Numbered from the whole stretch's first letter, positions 11,724 through 24,934 are shown. The stretch: DNA of 62,494 nucleotides, filler included, from Stramenopiles sp. TOSAG23-6 (GCA_900128565.1; 14 parts of 14 records of this genome joined end to end with filler, not necessarily neighbours in it); one strand, 5' to 3'. Translations and numbers: made by a program. The notes: generated by a model from the letters alone, not told the origin.

Positions 11724-12299
11724 ATGATAAATTTGAATGAGCTTAGGAGAGAACGCGAGATGCGCGAGGCGCGTTCAAAATTAAACCAGCGAAATATCAA
11801 TACGCCTATATCAAGGCCTTCATATCGCCGTTCTTTACGGAGTGCTAATCAGTTGAAAAATACACATCGGTCTATTCGTTTGGCTCATTCTCTTGGTCTA
11901 TTTGTATTTATTCTTTTTGGAGGACTATTCAGCTTCGTTCTCTTCGGAAGTTGGAGAGCGGTTTGTATTTGTATAATCTTAGGGACGGGTTTGGCGAGAA
12001 GTGGCGGGGGCTGGTTACACAATACACTACTAGAATCGTTGAAAGAAAGTTCTGAACCCACTGATGCTGAACTGGTAGAAGCCCAACATCTTGGGTTTTC
12101 TTCTCTAGAAGGACTGCAGAATCCAATCATCATGTTGACGTTAGAAAAAGAAATTGCTTTGGAAAATTTAGCGTTTGTATGTACGTATGGTAAAAGAAAC
12201 TGCTTGACGAATGAAATGTACACGGGGCAAATTAGCCTTGGTAAGATCTTTAGTTTAGTTTATGCCAAACTTAGTCAAGGTATTGTTCGTTGCAATTAA
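11724..12299 (+). CDS. Hypothetical membrane protein
   Basis: 191-aa ORF with ATG and two adjacent hydrophobic segments. Confidence 0.5.
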   Translation: MINLNELRREREMREARSKLNQRNINTPISRPSYRRSLRSANQLKNTHRSIRLAHSLGLFVFILFGGLFSFVLFGSWRAVCICIILGTGLARSGGGWLHNTLLESLKESSEPTDAELVEAQHLGFSSLEGLQNPIIMLTLEKEIALENLAFVCTYGKRNCLTNEMYTGQISLGKIFSLVYAKLSQGIVRCN

Positions 12300-12363
12300 A
12301 TTGAGATAATAGCTAGTATATATATATATATATAACATTTTATAAATATCATCACCTTTCCAT

Positions 12364-13107
12364 TTACAAAACCTTGACATCAATTTGATCTCCAGACTCC
12401 AAATCTTCATCCTCTGGGGTACAATTCACTCCAAGGGTATCCCCATCAAGTATAAAGGTGACTTTACTAGCATCCACAGAGCACTTTTCACAGTACAGAA
12501 GCTTAATGTCACTAAATTTTGCATTTATGAAAACAGATATATTTGTCACGTCTTTTCTTCCGCGGACGAATTTCAAATCTATCATAGGGACAACTCTTTC
12601 AGCCTGCTCAGCGGCAGCTACTTCCTTTGCAACGCGAGCTGCTTCTGCATCAGCTTTTAATTTTGCGATACGTTCAGATTCTCGTTTTCTCTCTAGATCC
12701 TTCAATGCAGCTGCCGCAGCAACACTTTCTTCTACTTGAAGAGACTTACTTTTTGCTGTGTCATAACGAGCAAGAAGCTCCTGTAATTTTCTATCTTCTT
12801 CGTTCAGGATAAGTGTTCCAAGAACAGGTCTCCCAGATGCACGACCACCATTAATACATATAATATCATCATCATCAGCATCACTAGAGGAAGAAAGTTC
12901 CAAAATGGCAGGCGACTCATCTTTTTTAATTTCTTTAAGACGTTTTGGTGAGTTGCTTTCCGCTTCGAAAGTAGGATGAGGCCGTTTTCTAGATTCCTTT
13001 ACTACTATAGCATCATCATCCGATTCAAAGGAATCGTTGTCCAACTCTTCATCACTACTACTGAATGCGTTAATAGCATCTGGGTTACCCCTCATAAATT
13101 TTGACAT
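12364..13107 (-). CDS. Rad60/NIP45-like protein with C-terminal SUMO-like domain
   Basis: C-terminal VTFILDGDTLGVNCTPEDEDLESGDQIDV with no di-Gly; acidic, SIM-like N-terminal region; start assumed at MSKF. Confidence 0.7.
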   Translation of the reverse strand: MSKFMRGNPDAINAFSSSDEELDNDSFESDDDAIVVKESRKRPHPTFEAESNSPKRLKEIKKDESPAILELSSSSDADDDDIICINGGRASGRPVLGTLILNEEDRKLQELLARYDTAKSKSLQVEESVAAAAALKDLERKRESERIAKLKADAEAARVAKEVAAAEQAERVVPMIDLKFVRGRKDVTNISVFINAKFSDIKLLYCEKCSVDASKVTFILDGDTLGVNCTPEDEDLESGDQIDVKVL

Positions 13108-13331
13108 TAGACTAAAACCCGGCAAACTATATAAGTTAATACCTGTAGCAGCACGCGAAGAAAAATCAATTAATAATTGATGACTATTCTGCGCGGTCAA
13201 AAAAAAAATTTGATTTGATTGAAGAGTCAAAAATTTGCCTCAAAAATCAATAATGGAATAATGCGAATGTGGAACCAACTTGCTGGTCAAAAACTTAATG
13301 AAAAGAACTCTGAAAAAGACAAAAGTATAAA

Positions 13332-13424
13332 ATGGCAGCAGTCCCTCCAAAGCCACCAGCTAGTATAAAGTTGACATATTTCAACATCCAAGGAGTCGCG
13401 GAAGTTCCACGTTTGGTTCTCAAG
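13332..13424 (+). CDS. Glutathione S-transferase N-terminus, 3' partial
   Basis: MAAVPPKPPASIKLTYFNIQGVAEVPRLVLK. Confidence 0.75.
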
Positions 13425-13635
13425 NNNNNNNNNNNNNNNNNNNNNNNNNNNNNNNNNNNNNNNNNNNNTTAATTAATTAANNNNNNNNNNNNNNNNNNNN
13501 NNNNNNNNNNNNNNNNNNNNNNNNTATTTTGGAAAAATATTTCAAAAAAAATCTAAAAAAATTGTTAGGTACAAAATTTACTATAAAAAAATTTGAAAAA
13601 AAAAAAATTGAAATTTGAAAAAAAATAAAACATAT

Positions 13636-16600
13636 ATAATTGCACCTCGACAAGCTTTTGAAGCAATGACACGACTTACACATTTAGTTTGAAAAAATAT
13701 TTCAACAAAAAAATCTATAATATTTTGTTAGGTACAAAATTTCGTACGAAAAAAAATTCAAATTTTCAAAAAAATAAATGTACAGGGCGGTCTTTTTTTA
13801 TACAAATGTTGTTCATAAAAATTCAATTTTTTTTGATTTTTTGAATTTTTTGAATTTTTTGAATTTTTTTGATTTTTTTCAGTAGGGTTAGGGATAATAT
13901 TAGCATTAGATGCTAATGAAAAAGATGATTCAAGAGCATGACAATATTCAATTAAATCAGCTGAATTAAAAGTATATCCAAGTAAACTTGGAACTTTTTG
14001 TATATGCAATCTTTTTTGGATTATTTCGTGTTTTTTGATTGTTTTGATATTTTTTTCGTGTTTTTCTATTTCATCTTTTTCTATATTTTCATTATCTACC
14101 TTTATATTATCCAATGCGACTGAAATACTTGTTATTGTATACACAAAATTCCATGTAGAGATAATATCTTTATATTGTAACAAAAGTTTTTCATCTATTT
14201 CAGAAATATTTACAATTTGATAAGGTATGATTTTTTTTGTAGATAATAAACTCTTTATATTTTTTTCAAAACGTTCATAACGAACTCTTTCCTATAATGT
14301 GAATATATTACTTTATCATTATTGAAATTTGTTATGAAAAGAATATTGAAAAAAAAATTTAAAAAAAATTTAAAAAAAATTTAAAAAAAAATTTCAAAAA
14401 AAAAAAAAATTTTAAATTTAAAAAAAAAAATTTAAAAAAAAAAAAAAAAATTTTAAAAATTAAAAATTGAAACGTACATGAGCTGCGTGTTGGTCAATAC
14501 ATAAAAGAATATCATTATGTAAAAGTACCATCAAAAATTTACAACTTATACATCCTATATATCTTGCATTGTGTAACATTTCTTTTGTAATAATTATTTT
14601 TGATTTTGTTGACAACTCTCTGAATTTATTCAATTTATCTTTTTTTTTTTTTTTTTTTTCAATTTTTGTGTGTGACGTCATAATTTTCTGCTCTTTTATT
14701 TTTCCAAATAAATGAATATTCGGATTTTTTGGATTCCATACATCCATCGGAAGTTTTTTGTACTTTATTTTTGGTATACAGTTTAATTTTTTTTTAGGTC
14801 TTTCTTTTTCTATTATATCAACTACTGTTGTATCTGTGGATAAACCAGGCCAATTTATAAAATGTTGTTGTTGTTGTTGTTGTTGATTATGTAAATATGG
14901 TTGTTGTTGTTGTTGTTGATTATGTAAATATGGTTGTTGTTGTTGTTGTTGTTGATTTTGTTGATTATGTAAATATGGTTGTTGTTGTAAATATGGTTGT
15001 TGTTGTTGTTGATTATGTAAATATGGTTGTTGTTGTTGTTGATTTTGTTGATTATGTAAATATGGTTGTTGTTGTTGTTGTTGATATTTGAAATCATTCC
15101 TAATTACAGTTGTTGGTTGAATACTAGTTACACGTTCAACGTTTTGACATTTATCATAAAAATCTTCATTGATATTAGTAATATAATCTTTAGTAGTACT
15201 ATTATTAGTAATATAATCTTTAGTAGTACTATTATTACTAATATAATCTTTTGTAGTACTATTATTACTAATATAATCTTTAGTAGTACTATTATTACTA
15301 ATATAATCTTTTGTAGAAGTAGTAATTTGCTGAAAAAAATGATGCACAAAATTATTGATTGCTTTTTCACAATAACTATAATCTAAAAATTGAATTTTTG
15401 TTTTTGTGGCATCAAATAAAATATCGTACATATTATTATCACATTCAATGTACACAATTACTAATGGCAAATGTATATTATATTGTTTTAATGCTGAAGT
15501 TCCACGTTTTGCAATATCTTTGGATTTCGTGTTTTGAAATAGTTTTGAATTTTGTGTATTTTTTACATTTTTTACATTTTTTACATTTTTTATATTTTTT
15601 ATATTTTGTGGAAAATAATAATTAAAAGCATTGTTAAATGATTTTATGATGTTGTAGTGTTTTTGTAAGATTCGTTTGTTAAGAAAAAAATATTGTAGTT
15701 GTTGTGAATGTTTTGGAAATCGTTTTAAAGTAATAAAACCAGAAATTCGAAATTCAGTATTTTTTATATGTTTNGTGTTTTTTGCATTTGAATTCAATTT
15801 TGGTACAAATGTTGTATATGAAATATATTGAAATTCTTTAACTTTGCATAAACCAAAAAATTGACCATATCTACGCAAGATGACGTCACATCCACCATAG
15901 TGCAAATATTTTGGAAAAATATTTAAAAAAAAAATTCAAAAAAATTGTTAGGTACAAAATTTCGTATGAAAAAAAAAACTTTAGTTTTTTTGTTAAAAAA
16001 TAAAATAAAACATACAAATATTTTGGAATATATTCATTATTATGTTTTGATTGTTTTGATTGTTTTGATTGTTTTGATTGTTTTGATTGTTTCTGTCCTT
16101 CAGTCACACGAAATATTCGTTTTGTGGTGGTACGACGAAACCCTAACCCTAATTTTGAATCACTTTGTAGAGATGATTCAAAAAGTGAAAAACCAATCCA
16201 TGGTGTTACTAATGCAATTGTCTGTAGTAGTCTTTTAATACGTTGTACTTCAGCTTTTACATTGATACGCTTTCGACGAACAGGAAATTTTGCAAAGAGT
16301 TGATGACACGTAATTTTTGTTCCACATTTGACAAATTGTTCGAATTGACAATTTTCCAGACTTTTTTGTGATATTTGATAGTTTGAGAGTGTATGAAATG
16401 ATTGTGTCGATCCATCGAATATCTTGACAAGAGGTTCACAACCTTGTTTACTTGATTTTGTTACAATAACTACTGAATTGGATATTGATATAATTGACGC
16501 TAAAGCTTCACCACGAAAACCATATGTCTTGATAGTGTCGAGATCCGAGAGAGATTCTAACTTTGATGTGGCATGAAACGTTCCGATTGCATCTAGATTA

Positions 16601-16791
16601 TCCTGTGTTAAACCAATACCATTATCTTCGATTTGAATAGATAATGTATTTGGATCTATCGTAACTTTTACTGAAGAAGCGTCAGCATCAATTGCATTTT
16701 CCACAAGTTCACGAACGACATGTTCAACGGAAATACAAGTGACTGCGCTGCGGCAAAGAGATACATCTAATAAAGGTACGCGACGAATCAT
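13636..16791 (-). CDS. MLH3: MutL-family mismatch repair/meiotic endonuclease, MLH3-like, 3' partial
   Basis: VRELVENAIDA, IEDNGIG and TYGFRGEALASI; DQHAAH|ER and ASKACRGAI after splicing. Exons 16791-16016, 15903-14478, 14291-13784, 13681-13636. Confidence 0.85.
13682..13783 (-). other. Intron, GT-AT
   Basis: GTACATTT...GTACCTAAC...AACTAAAT; join gives RPP-C-VSRVIASKACR. Confidence 0.85.
14292..14477 (-). other. Intron, GT-AG
   Basis: GTACGTTT...CATTATAG; restores DQHAAHER. Confidence 0.9.
15904..16015 (-). other. Intron, apparent GT-TT
   Basis: GTATGTTT...CCAAAATATTT; flanked by the 14-nt direct repeat TTCCAAAATATTTG, so the exact boundary is ambiguous. Confidence 0.6.
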
Positions 16792-18004
16792 CTATAGTTT
16801 ATTGTGAAATAAAAACTAGATTAAGCGTAGGAGACACATACACAAACAAATATAATACTGTTTACTATATTATGACTTGTATATGTAGCAAAAGTTTTTA
16901 TGTCTCTCTCCAAAAAAAGTTTTTTTTTTGACCCGTTTGAATAATTTTTTGGGCGTAATTTTGAGTTACCCGGTACTCGGTTATTAGTCTATATATCGAT
17001 ATAATATTATTATAATGTTGACATCATCAGGACCTGTTCCTCCATTGTCTGCTACATAATCTCTATCATACGTATAGTCAAACCGATTTTATCGGCCAAA
17101 CATTATTTTTAAGTATTTGTATGTATACAATCTATATTTATACACACACGAAGATATACGTCGATATTTTATGCAAAGTCCTTTTTTTTTATACACAACA
17201 ACAATAAATATGATTTTTTTTTACGGTTTCACAATTTTTTATGACAAAAATACGTTTCCAAACATGATTCTGATTCTCGCTGCTTTCATAAAACTTCAAA
17301 AATCGACAATTCAATCGCTAAACTCTTTCAAAAAGGTAGGTTGTACATTATTCATTCTATTTCTAAACCACTACCATCAACACAAAACATATATACGAAA
17401 CATGAAATACAATCAATACAAATAAAAACAGCTTGAAAAGAGAAAAACGATACCATAGAAAACGAATTATAAAAGTACCGTTACACAATCGAAAGACATG
17501 ACCCAAAGAATGGAAAGAATATAGAGTTCGTTAGATGTAAGCTAAAAACAATATTATTCGTAAAAATACTGCAATTGATGTAGAATTAACAACATGTATA
17601 TGCTTTACAGAGAGAAACAAAATCCATAAAAAAAAACCAAGGAATCAACGATAACAAGATATCATTTACTATATATATTTCAGCAATGCTTAGTGACAAC
17701 ACTTTTTACTTTATTATACTTGACAATACAGTATTTTCAAAATGGTCAACTTGAGCAAACTTTTCAAGGCAACATTATTTGCAGCACTTGCAGTCCAAAC
17801 TATCGCGTACCTTTTCTTTACTTTTTATGCTTAATAATGTTGAGTAAAATGGATATCATTGTTGTTTATTCATTTGTTTTATAATTGTGATATTGTTGAT
17901 GTTGNNNNNNNNNNNNNNNNNNNNNNNNNNNNNNNNNNNNNNNNNNNNTTAATTAATTAANNNNNNNNNNNNNNNNNNNNNNNNNNNNNNNNNNNNNNNN
18001 NNNN

Positions 18005-20076
18005 CCATGACAAGTAGCAAGCCAAATGTTGGAAACGAAACCCTATACGAAAACTATGCTATTGTGGCAGAGTTTTCTGATCAAGAACCAGATGAAGAAG
18101 GGGGGATGTACGTTTTCATTTCAATTTCGAATGTATTGTTTTTTTTTCGTACGAAATTTTGTACCTAACGAGTTTGTTTTTGAAATATTTTTTGACAAAA
18201 TATGGAACATGTTGTGTTTGATTCATTACCCTACTGTGCTGAATCACCAGACACATTAGAAATAGTAAAAGGTATTTTACAAAGTGACGTCATTGACGTA
18301 TCTGTTCGCGATGAGTATGGTAATACGATGCTTCAAGCTGCAGTAGCCGCTAATTGTTTTGATATTGTTCAACTACTTCTTTCCTCATGTGGAGCAACGG
18401 CATACGATTGTAACAATGTTGGAGCAACTCCATTGCACTTTGCTACGACTGTAGAAATGGTCAAAATACTTCTAAAACATGGCGCAGATGTACATGCTGT
18501 TGAGACGGAGTCTGGTTGCTCTTCTCTGCATTATGCAGCACAATATGATGACGTTGGTATTATAGATTTACTCGTCGCTAATGGTGCTGATGCAGGTCTT
18601 TTGGAGTATTATGGTTATACTCCTGCAGATTATGCTATAACGGCAAACAAACATGCCAATGCTGAAAGGCTTGAACAAATTTCGCTTGAATCTGAATTTT
18701 GTGCAATGCTTGATCGAGTAGGTATAAAAAAGGGGTGGCTGAAGGATGATATTGAAACAATCAAAGGATATTTTGATATCATTGAAATTAACAATTGTAA
18801 GAAACTCGAAGATGCAAAAGGGTGCATAAATGATATGCTTGGTGCAAAAGGAATTAGTCCTTTTGATGAAAGCACAATATCCTTGTTTCATCGTGAAATA
18901 ACTCTTTCCAAAACAAATCAAGCTGCAGCGAAAATATTACAGCAAAACCTCAATAGCAATATTGCAGACGATTGTGAATGGGTTGTTCAAATAGATAGTG
19001 AAACTGGTCAGCAGTATGAAATAAATACAAACACAGGGGAAAGTAGGTGGAAAACTTGGGACTTGCATGATGATAAAGCTGTATCTAGTGATATATGGCC
19101 TCACACTAATGAAGGTTCTCAATTGCAAGATCGCTATTCGAATGAGAAGGTAACTTTGGTAGCTAAAATGTCCATCGAAGAATCGTCTGAATTTGTAGAG
19201 AAAACCTTATCCAGTAATTCTATGAGTTATAATCCGCTTGGTAAACAAATTATGGATAGTAATTACGCGTGGCAAGCAGATCCTTTTGATCAATGTCTTA
19301 TAATATCAAATGAAACGACTGAAAATGATCTAATACGAATTCAAAAGGATGCTATAGAGCATGGTATCATTATGACCACACGATGTCTAGAACCTATGAT
19401 GAAAAATGTAAATTCAAAACCCTCTTATACTGATCAAACCGAAGAAAATTCAAATAAGCTTGTGGAATCTGAGCGACTGTGTCGTCAATTAAAACTTCAG
19501 TTAGAAAAAGAAAGAAAATCCAGAATTTCTGGGGCAGTATCGACAGAGGCTAAGGTAAAAAGAGATACTGAAAATGAACATCAACGTTTGACTGAGAGAA
19601 TGTCTGAAATGGAAACTGAAAATAGTAAGATTAAAATACAACTGCAGTTAGAAAAAGAAAAATTAGTTACAGTACATCAAGAGTGTGAGAATAAAAATAG
19701 CGAAATTTTGACTTTAACATCTCAAATACATACTGCAAATGCACATCTAGCACAGAAAATGAAAGATATGAAAATGAATGCTGAAAAAATTGCTGCAGAG
19801 CATGTGAAACGCATCACGGCTGAATCTAATCGAAAAGTAATGCAAGTAGAGGCTGATATGAAAGCTTTGACTGCTCGTTTTCTGAAAGAGCAATCCATGC
19901 GTCGAAAGTTTTATAATGAACTAGAAGATTTAAAAGGAAAGGTACGAGTATTCTGTCGAATGCGCCCTTTTGCAAAATATGAAAAAGAAAGAGGTTGTGA
20001 GTACGCAGTGCAAATAGTAGATCAATATTCATTGAAACTTAAAGTTCGGAAAGATTGGAAGACATTTGAATTTGAT
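18005..20076 (+). CDS. Ankyrin repeat + WW-like + coiled-coil + start of kinesin-14 motor
   Basis: Ankyrin repeats (GATPLHFA, GCSSLHYAA); WVVQIDSETGQQYEINTNTGESRW; RRKFYNELEDLKGKVRVFCRMRP...FEFD; GT-AT intron 18108-18203. Confidence 0.8.
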
Positions 20077-20170
20077 GTATGTTTTATTTTTTTTTTCAAT
20101 TTCGAATTTATTTTTCGTACGAAATTTTGTACCTAACGAATTTTTTTTTAAATATTTTTTCACAATACAT
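20077..20170 (+). other. Intron, GT-AT (possible chimeric junction)
   Basis: GTATGTTT...TTTCGTACGAAATTTTGTACCTAAC...CACAATACAT. Confidence 0.7.
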
Positions 20171-22280
20171 CGTAAGTTATTATTAAATATGCGCCGATAT
20201 ACTCCAAACATTTCAGCAAATACAAGTGGAAGTAAAAATAAGAATTATAGTTCATGCTGGGAATATATTATCACTCTTGTCCCACCACTATCTCAAGAGA
20301 CTGAAAGAAGTGATGACGAAAGCTTAATAAGTATTCCATCTAGTGTACTCGATATTATAAAAGATAACAGCCAATCTGACAAGATTCGTTTATATCACAT
20401 AAAACAAATATCTAATTCGTATGGTGGAAATTCAAAAGTCGGGGTAGTTTTAACCGAAATCGCAGCAGATAAAAACGTTTCTAACGTCCTTCGCTTTTAT
20501 ATACTGAAAATCATAGGAACTTCATTTCATAAACAAGCGCAATCAATGGCATTGCAGGTATGTTTCGATTTGCTTATTCCTTTAGTGGTACAATGTTTGA
20601 TGGTATGCGCAGATGCCATGCCTGAAATCGAAGCCATTCGAGCGTTGCTTGTAACTATGCATCCTAAATCAGGTATTCTTGAATTTCGTACTTTTATGAA
20701 AAATCTTGTACAATCAACACTGAAAACGGCACTACAAGCTCGCCCAAATAGTAGTAGCTGGCAATTTTCTCCCCTGCGTGGTGGTAGCCCTGTAAATGAA
20801 GGAAAAGCTTTAGAGATTGCCTTTGGAGTTGGTCCATTCTTTGCCACAAATGCCTTACGAGTTTGTGCTATAGCTGCTGAGGAATTTATTGAGGAGCAAA
20901 AGATGCCTCAAAATACTATAATAGAGTATGATAAATTGCTTGAACTGGCATCATTTTTTTCTCCGTTGATTATCTATGCTACCCGAGAAAAGCGTTCCTC
21001 TGTCTTATTTTCAGGGTCCTCAAATAGTATTACCTCAAATAATGCCACAAGTTCTGATACAGATGACGAATGGGAAGTTTTACAGTTAAAACAGATAAGA
21101 AAAGCAGCTGGAATTCAACAGTTACTACTTCGATTAATATTTACTCAATTTCAAAAAGCATGTCGGTCGAATGACCAAATATTTAGACGTCGAACTGCAT
21201 CATGTCTTCCATATATTTTGCAGCGTTGGGGCTGCTGGAAGGTACCCGGTAAGGTTAATATAAACACTGAAGATTCCCCATATCAACATATAGTTGTAGC
21301 GCGAAGCCCAGCAGAAGAAAAGGTTTTACTTTGGGCCTCAACTATGGCATTTATGGTTCTTAAAAAAACGTTACAAGTAAAATGGGTCGAAGGGAAACAC
21401 CAATTAAAAAATATGCTTCAATCTGTAATTATATCTGATTTCAAATCTTTGAAAGAAGTAGAAGAAATTGTAGGTCAGGAAAAGTTTCTTAAAGCTTATA
21501 AATTAGTAGAGGCTGGTGAAAAAGCATATTTGGCAGGTGTAAGTAAACATAGACGAAATATTCAGAAGAGTACTGTAGCTACATATAATGAATGGATTAC
21601 ATCGATGTCTTCTACTGGTCCAGATGTAAAGACAGATGCAAATTTTTCCATGGTGCAAAGTTGTGTTGAAGTAGCATCGGTGAATATACTGAAACATCGT
21701 AGTTGTGATAGTTGTCGTGTTAGATCTTTGATGAGACTTCTTTACAAACGTCCTGGTCTATGGTTCAAAATGTGCACTACTATTATTGATAATAATGCTG
21801 GGGAAGACGATGATAATATTATTGATAATAATGCTGGGGAAGACGATGATAATAGGTATGGTATGTACACTATTCATCCAAGTACTAGTAAGAAAATGAT
21901 TCGCTATCGTGTAATGCAAAATCCAGAATGCCAACTTCATACAGACCAAGCATATGCGACAAATGATATAGATAATAGTAATTTAACTTGTCTTCCTTTA
22001 ACAAGGTCAATAGAGAGAGCTACCCCTACTAATGATATTCTCAACCAGAAAAATGATAGCAATGAGACTGCAATGTCATCGTTTATGCCGGTTTCTGATG
22101 TTTTAGCTGGACTGCAAGAATTACAAGAATATGTACGTTTTATTTTTTTGAAATTCTAATTGATTTTTTTTATCGTATGAAATTTTGTACCTAACAAAGT
22201 TTTCGACAATTTTTTTTTTTTCACAATGTATAATCAATCAAATAGTGGCTTAGGTCTATTCAACAAACTTGAAGGTGCAT
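20171..22280 (+). CDS. Internal exons of a large helical protein, possibly BEACH-family (pre-PH region)
   Basis: Long open frame; MIRYRVMQNPECQLH resembles the segment preceding PH-BEACH; GT-AT intron 22133-22231; next donor at 22281. Confidence 0.45.
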
Positions 22281-22543
22281 GTACGTTTCATTTTTTTTTT
22301 CAAATTTTTTTTCGATTTTTTTTTTCGTACGAAATTTTGTACCTAACGATTTTTTTTTTTTTTTTTTTAAATATTTTTCCAAAANNNNNNNNNNNNNNNN
22401 NNNNNNNNNNNNNNNNNNNNNNNNNNNNTTAATTAATTAANNNNNNNNNNNNNNNNNNNNNNNNNNNNNNNNNNNNNNNNNNNNATACGAAATTTCGTAC
22501 CTAACGAATTTCAAACAAAAAGACATATTTTTCCACAATGTAG

Positions 22544-22827
22544 TATCACAATCGCCTCTGACCGTATACTGCCAAAGAAAGGGAGACAAGGTCCTACTTA
22601 CAGAAGCAAGACATCGTGCAAATGTTGGCTTGGGGTTATGGCCAGCTGAAGATTTGATTAACGCACGACAGCTTATTAGTGGAGAGGAAAAAAAAAACGC
22701 CATAAAAAAGAAAATCAAAGGAATAAAAAATAATAGCCATTGCGATGATAAGACCATTGGAGGAAACAGAAAATCTGCATTTTCAAAGATAGGTCGTAGA
22801 TTATTTAAATCACAGTTGGAAACGTAA
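22544..22827 (+). CDS. Terminal exon of an unknown gene
   Basis: Open frame following a branch box and CACAATGTAG acceptor. Confidence 0.5.
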
Positions 22828-23061
22828 TACTTTTTTATTTTCAATATAAACAATCTAAGATTATTTTTTAAATTTGGGTGAAAAATGTTTTGTAAAATTT
22901 GTGACTCAAAACTTCGAGTGACGTTACCCGGTTCACATGCACAACTTTACAGTTTCACGTTTCAGATCTACCTGGTCACTTGTTAGGAAAATGACATCAT
23001 ATCAAGTGTAGCTTTTATTTGTCTGTTTCACACATTATTATTAGAATATTCATCGCTAAAT

Positions 23062-24627
23062 ATGGCGCTTCCAACTAATTACTCTTTCCCAAGTCAAGAT
23101 TTATCTCTCCAATATAAGTCAATGCGCTCAATTGTACGTGAACAGAAAAAGTGGTCGGCACTCAAGCGTAGCTCAAGACGATTACGAAAGAGACATGAAA
23201 AAACAAAAATAGATTTACGAGATAACCCTTTTTGTGTTGATAGACAACTAACGGATAAGCATTTTAGTGTTATGGGAAATACAAATCCAAGACTCTTGCA
23301 GAAACATAATAAAGACAAAAAATATAAAACACAAACGGACAAATGGGGTGAAACAAACCTGCTGTACAACAAGTCTCCCTCGGCACTAAGCCAGAAAAAA
23401 GAACCCTGGAAAATTGGTTCGTCTTTTTCGACTCTGGGTAAAACAGGCGGACGTACACAAAGATTTCGCAACCAAACCAGTTCAAGAAATATACCAAAAG
23501 CTCAAAATATGCAAAGTGCAAATATACAAGCCATCACTACATTTGGCCACAGACCTTCCTCAGCTGCGCGCATGTACGACCCACTGAGTGACTCTGTACG
23601 TAGGCAAATGGAAACTCCAATATCCGTAGATTCTTTAATGAGTCCAGAGGAAATAGATAACTTATTGCAAGATAGTCCGAGAGGAGTAAAGGCGCGACTG
23701 CAACTCAACCGAGAAAAAGGTTGGCACCCTCAACAACTGTTAACTGCAACAAAGAGTATGATTGGTGTTGGTGGTAATCTAGCTAGTCCATTTTCTATTG
23801 GTCTTTCAGATGACCTGAACTTAGAGGGACCAAAATTTATGACGTCCGCTTTACGTAGACCAGAGGCATATCATAAGGGTGTGTCTAAAAAAGGAAGGAA
23901 AAAGAAATCTCGTAGTAATCAAAAGAGAAGTATATTCCAAAATCAGAAGCAAGTGAAGTATTCTAGTAAAAAAAATGATGATGGTATTAATATTGCAGAA
24001 AAGAGTTGGAATAATAGCATTTATCATTCACCAAAATTAAATAGTAAGTCAAAACGAAAACATTCTGAAAAATCTGAAAAAAGCCTTCGTGAAAAAATTT
24101 TACATTTTAGAAAGTTGCAGCGCAGTCCATTTCGTGGTAATGAATCTCCAAATGCAGCAAATAAACGTAACAATAATGCACTTATACATGAATTGACAAG
24201 TACTACGATTCTATCTAAATCTGATGTTCATAGAGTGCTTAGGAAACATAGTAATAGTCGAATGAGCTCTAAAATTGGCGATAGGGGTGATGAAAGCAGT
24301 AGAAGCCTTGGTAGAAGTGGCAGTTTATATAGTAATATTGAAGGTAGTATGTATCGGAATAATGGATACGCTGGTGTGGATGCATCTCAACCTCCACATT
24401 CTTTAAATTTACCTGATGGTGTTGAATTAAAAACGAGACTCCGATCCCCAAGAGAAGAAATTCTTAGTAGAAGTAAAAGAATGTATACAACATCAAGAGG
24501 TAGTACAATGAGTGATAGAACAACAAATTCTGGTGGTTTCGTTAGTAGAACTGGCAAAGCGCCAACATTACCTCCATCTGCTGGCGGTCTTCGAATGCAT
24601 ACAAAGACTGATCGAGTTCACTTATAA
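23062..24627 (+). CDS. Hypothetical basic, Ser-rich, probably disordered protein
   Basis: 521-aa uninterrupted ORF. Confidence 0.7.
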   Translation: MALPTNYSFPSQDLSLQYKSMRSIVREQKKWSALKRSSRRLRKRHEKTKIDLRDNPFCVDRQLTDKHFSVMGNTNPRLLQKHNKDKKYKTQTDKWGETNLLYNKSPSALSQKKEPWKIGSSFSTLGKTGGRTQRFRNQTSSRNIPKAQNMQSANIQAITTFGHRPSSAARMYDPLSDSVRRQMETPISVDSLMSPEEIDNLLQDSPRGVKARLQLNREKGWHPQQLLTATKSMIGVGGNLASPFSIGLSDDLNLEGPKFMTSALRRPEAYHKGVSKKGRKKKSRSNQKRSIFQNQKQVKYSSKKNDDGINIAEKSWNNSIYHSPKLNSKSKRKHSEKSEKSLREKILHFRKLQRSPFRGNESPNAANKRNNNALIHELTSTTILSKSDVHRVLRKHSNSRMSSKIGDRGDESSRSLGRSGSLYSNIEGSMYRNNGYAGVDASQPPHSLNLPDGVELKTRLRSPREEILSRSKRMYTTSRGSTMSDRTTNSGGFVSRTGKAPTLPPSAGGLRMHTKTDRVHL

Positions 24628-24934
24628 ACTTTATGTATAATTTATTTATTTATAATTTTTGTTTAGAAATGGTACACAATAACAATATGTCAAATTGTGT
24701 TTACAATTCTGCTCCGGATGACTATTTTACAATCTCTGCATGCACATGGAATATTTTCTTTCCATTAAGTATTTGTTCGAATTACGCGAACTGCCATATA
24801 AACATCGATGTGGCACTACATGTATGTTGAAACACTAAAATAGTCGCCATTGGGAATACGTTGGCATAATATACTGTGAAACAATATGCTATTTGAAATT
24901 TGTGTCAGCGGATTTAAAATCTGGATATTTTCTG

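Noticed and set aside
14855-15386. Poly-N, poly-V and poly-I/L ORFs (also 55845-56513, 61495-62154, 30750-31207)
   Set aside because: Shadow frames of low-complexity or repeat coding sequence.
16990-17904. Short ORFs upstream of MLH3
   Set aside because: No recognisable motif or consistent exon chain could be built.
20100-20170. Recurrent peptides VRNFVPN, YEILYLT, RTKFCT and KYFSKI as a shared protein domain
   Set aside because: They are different reading frames of the intron boxes; the conservation is at the nucleotide level.
22485-22510. Palindromic ~25-nt repeat as CRISPR repeat or bacterial REP
   Set aside because: It is dispersed, not arrayed with spacers, lies in a eukaryotic gene context and has no cas genes nearby.
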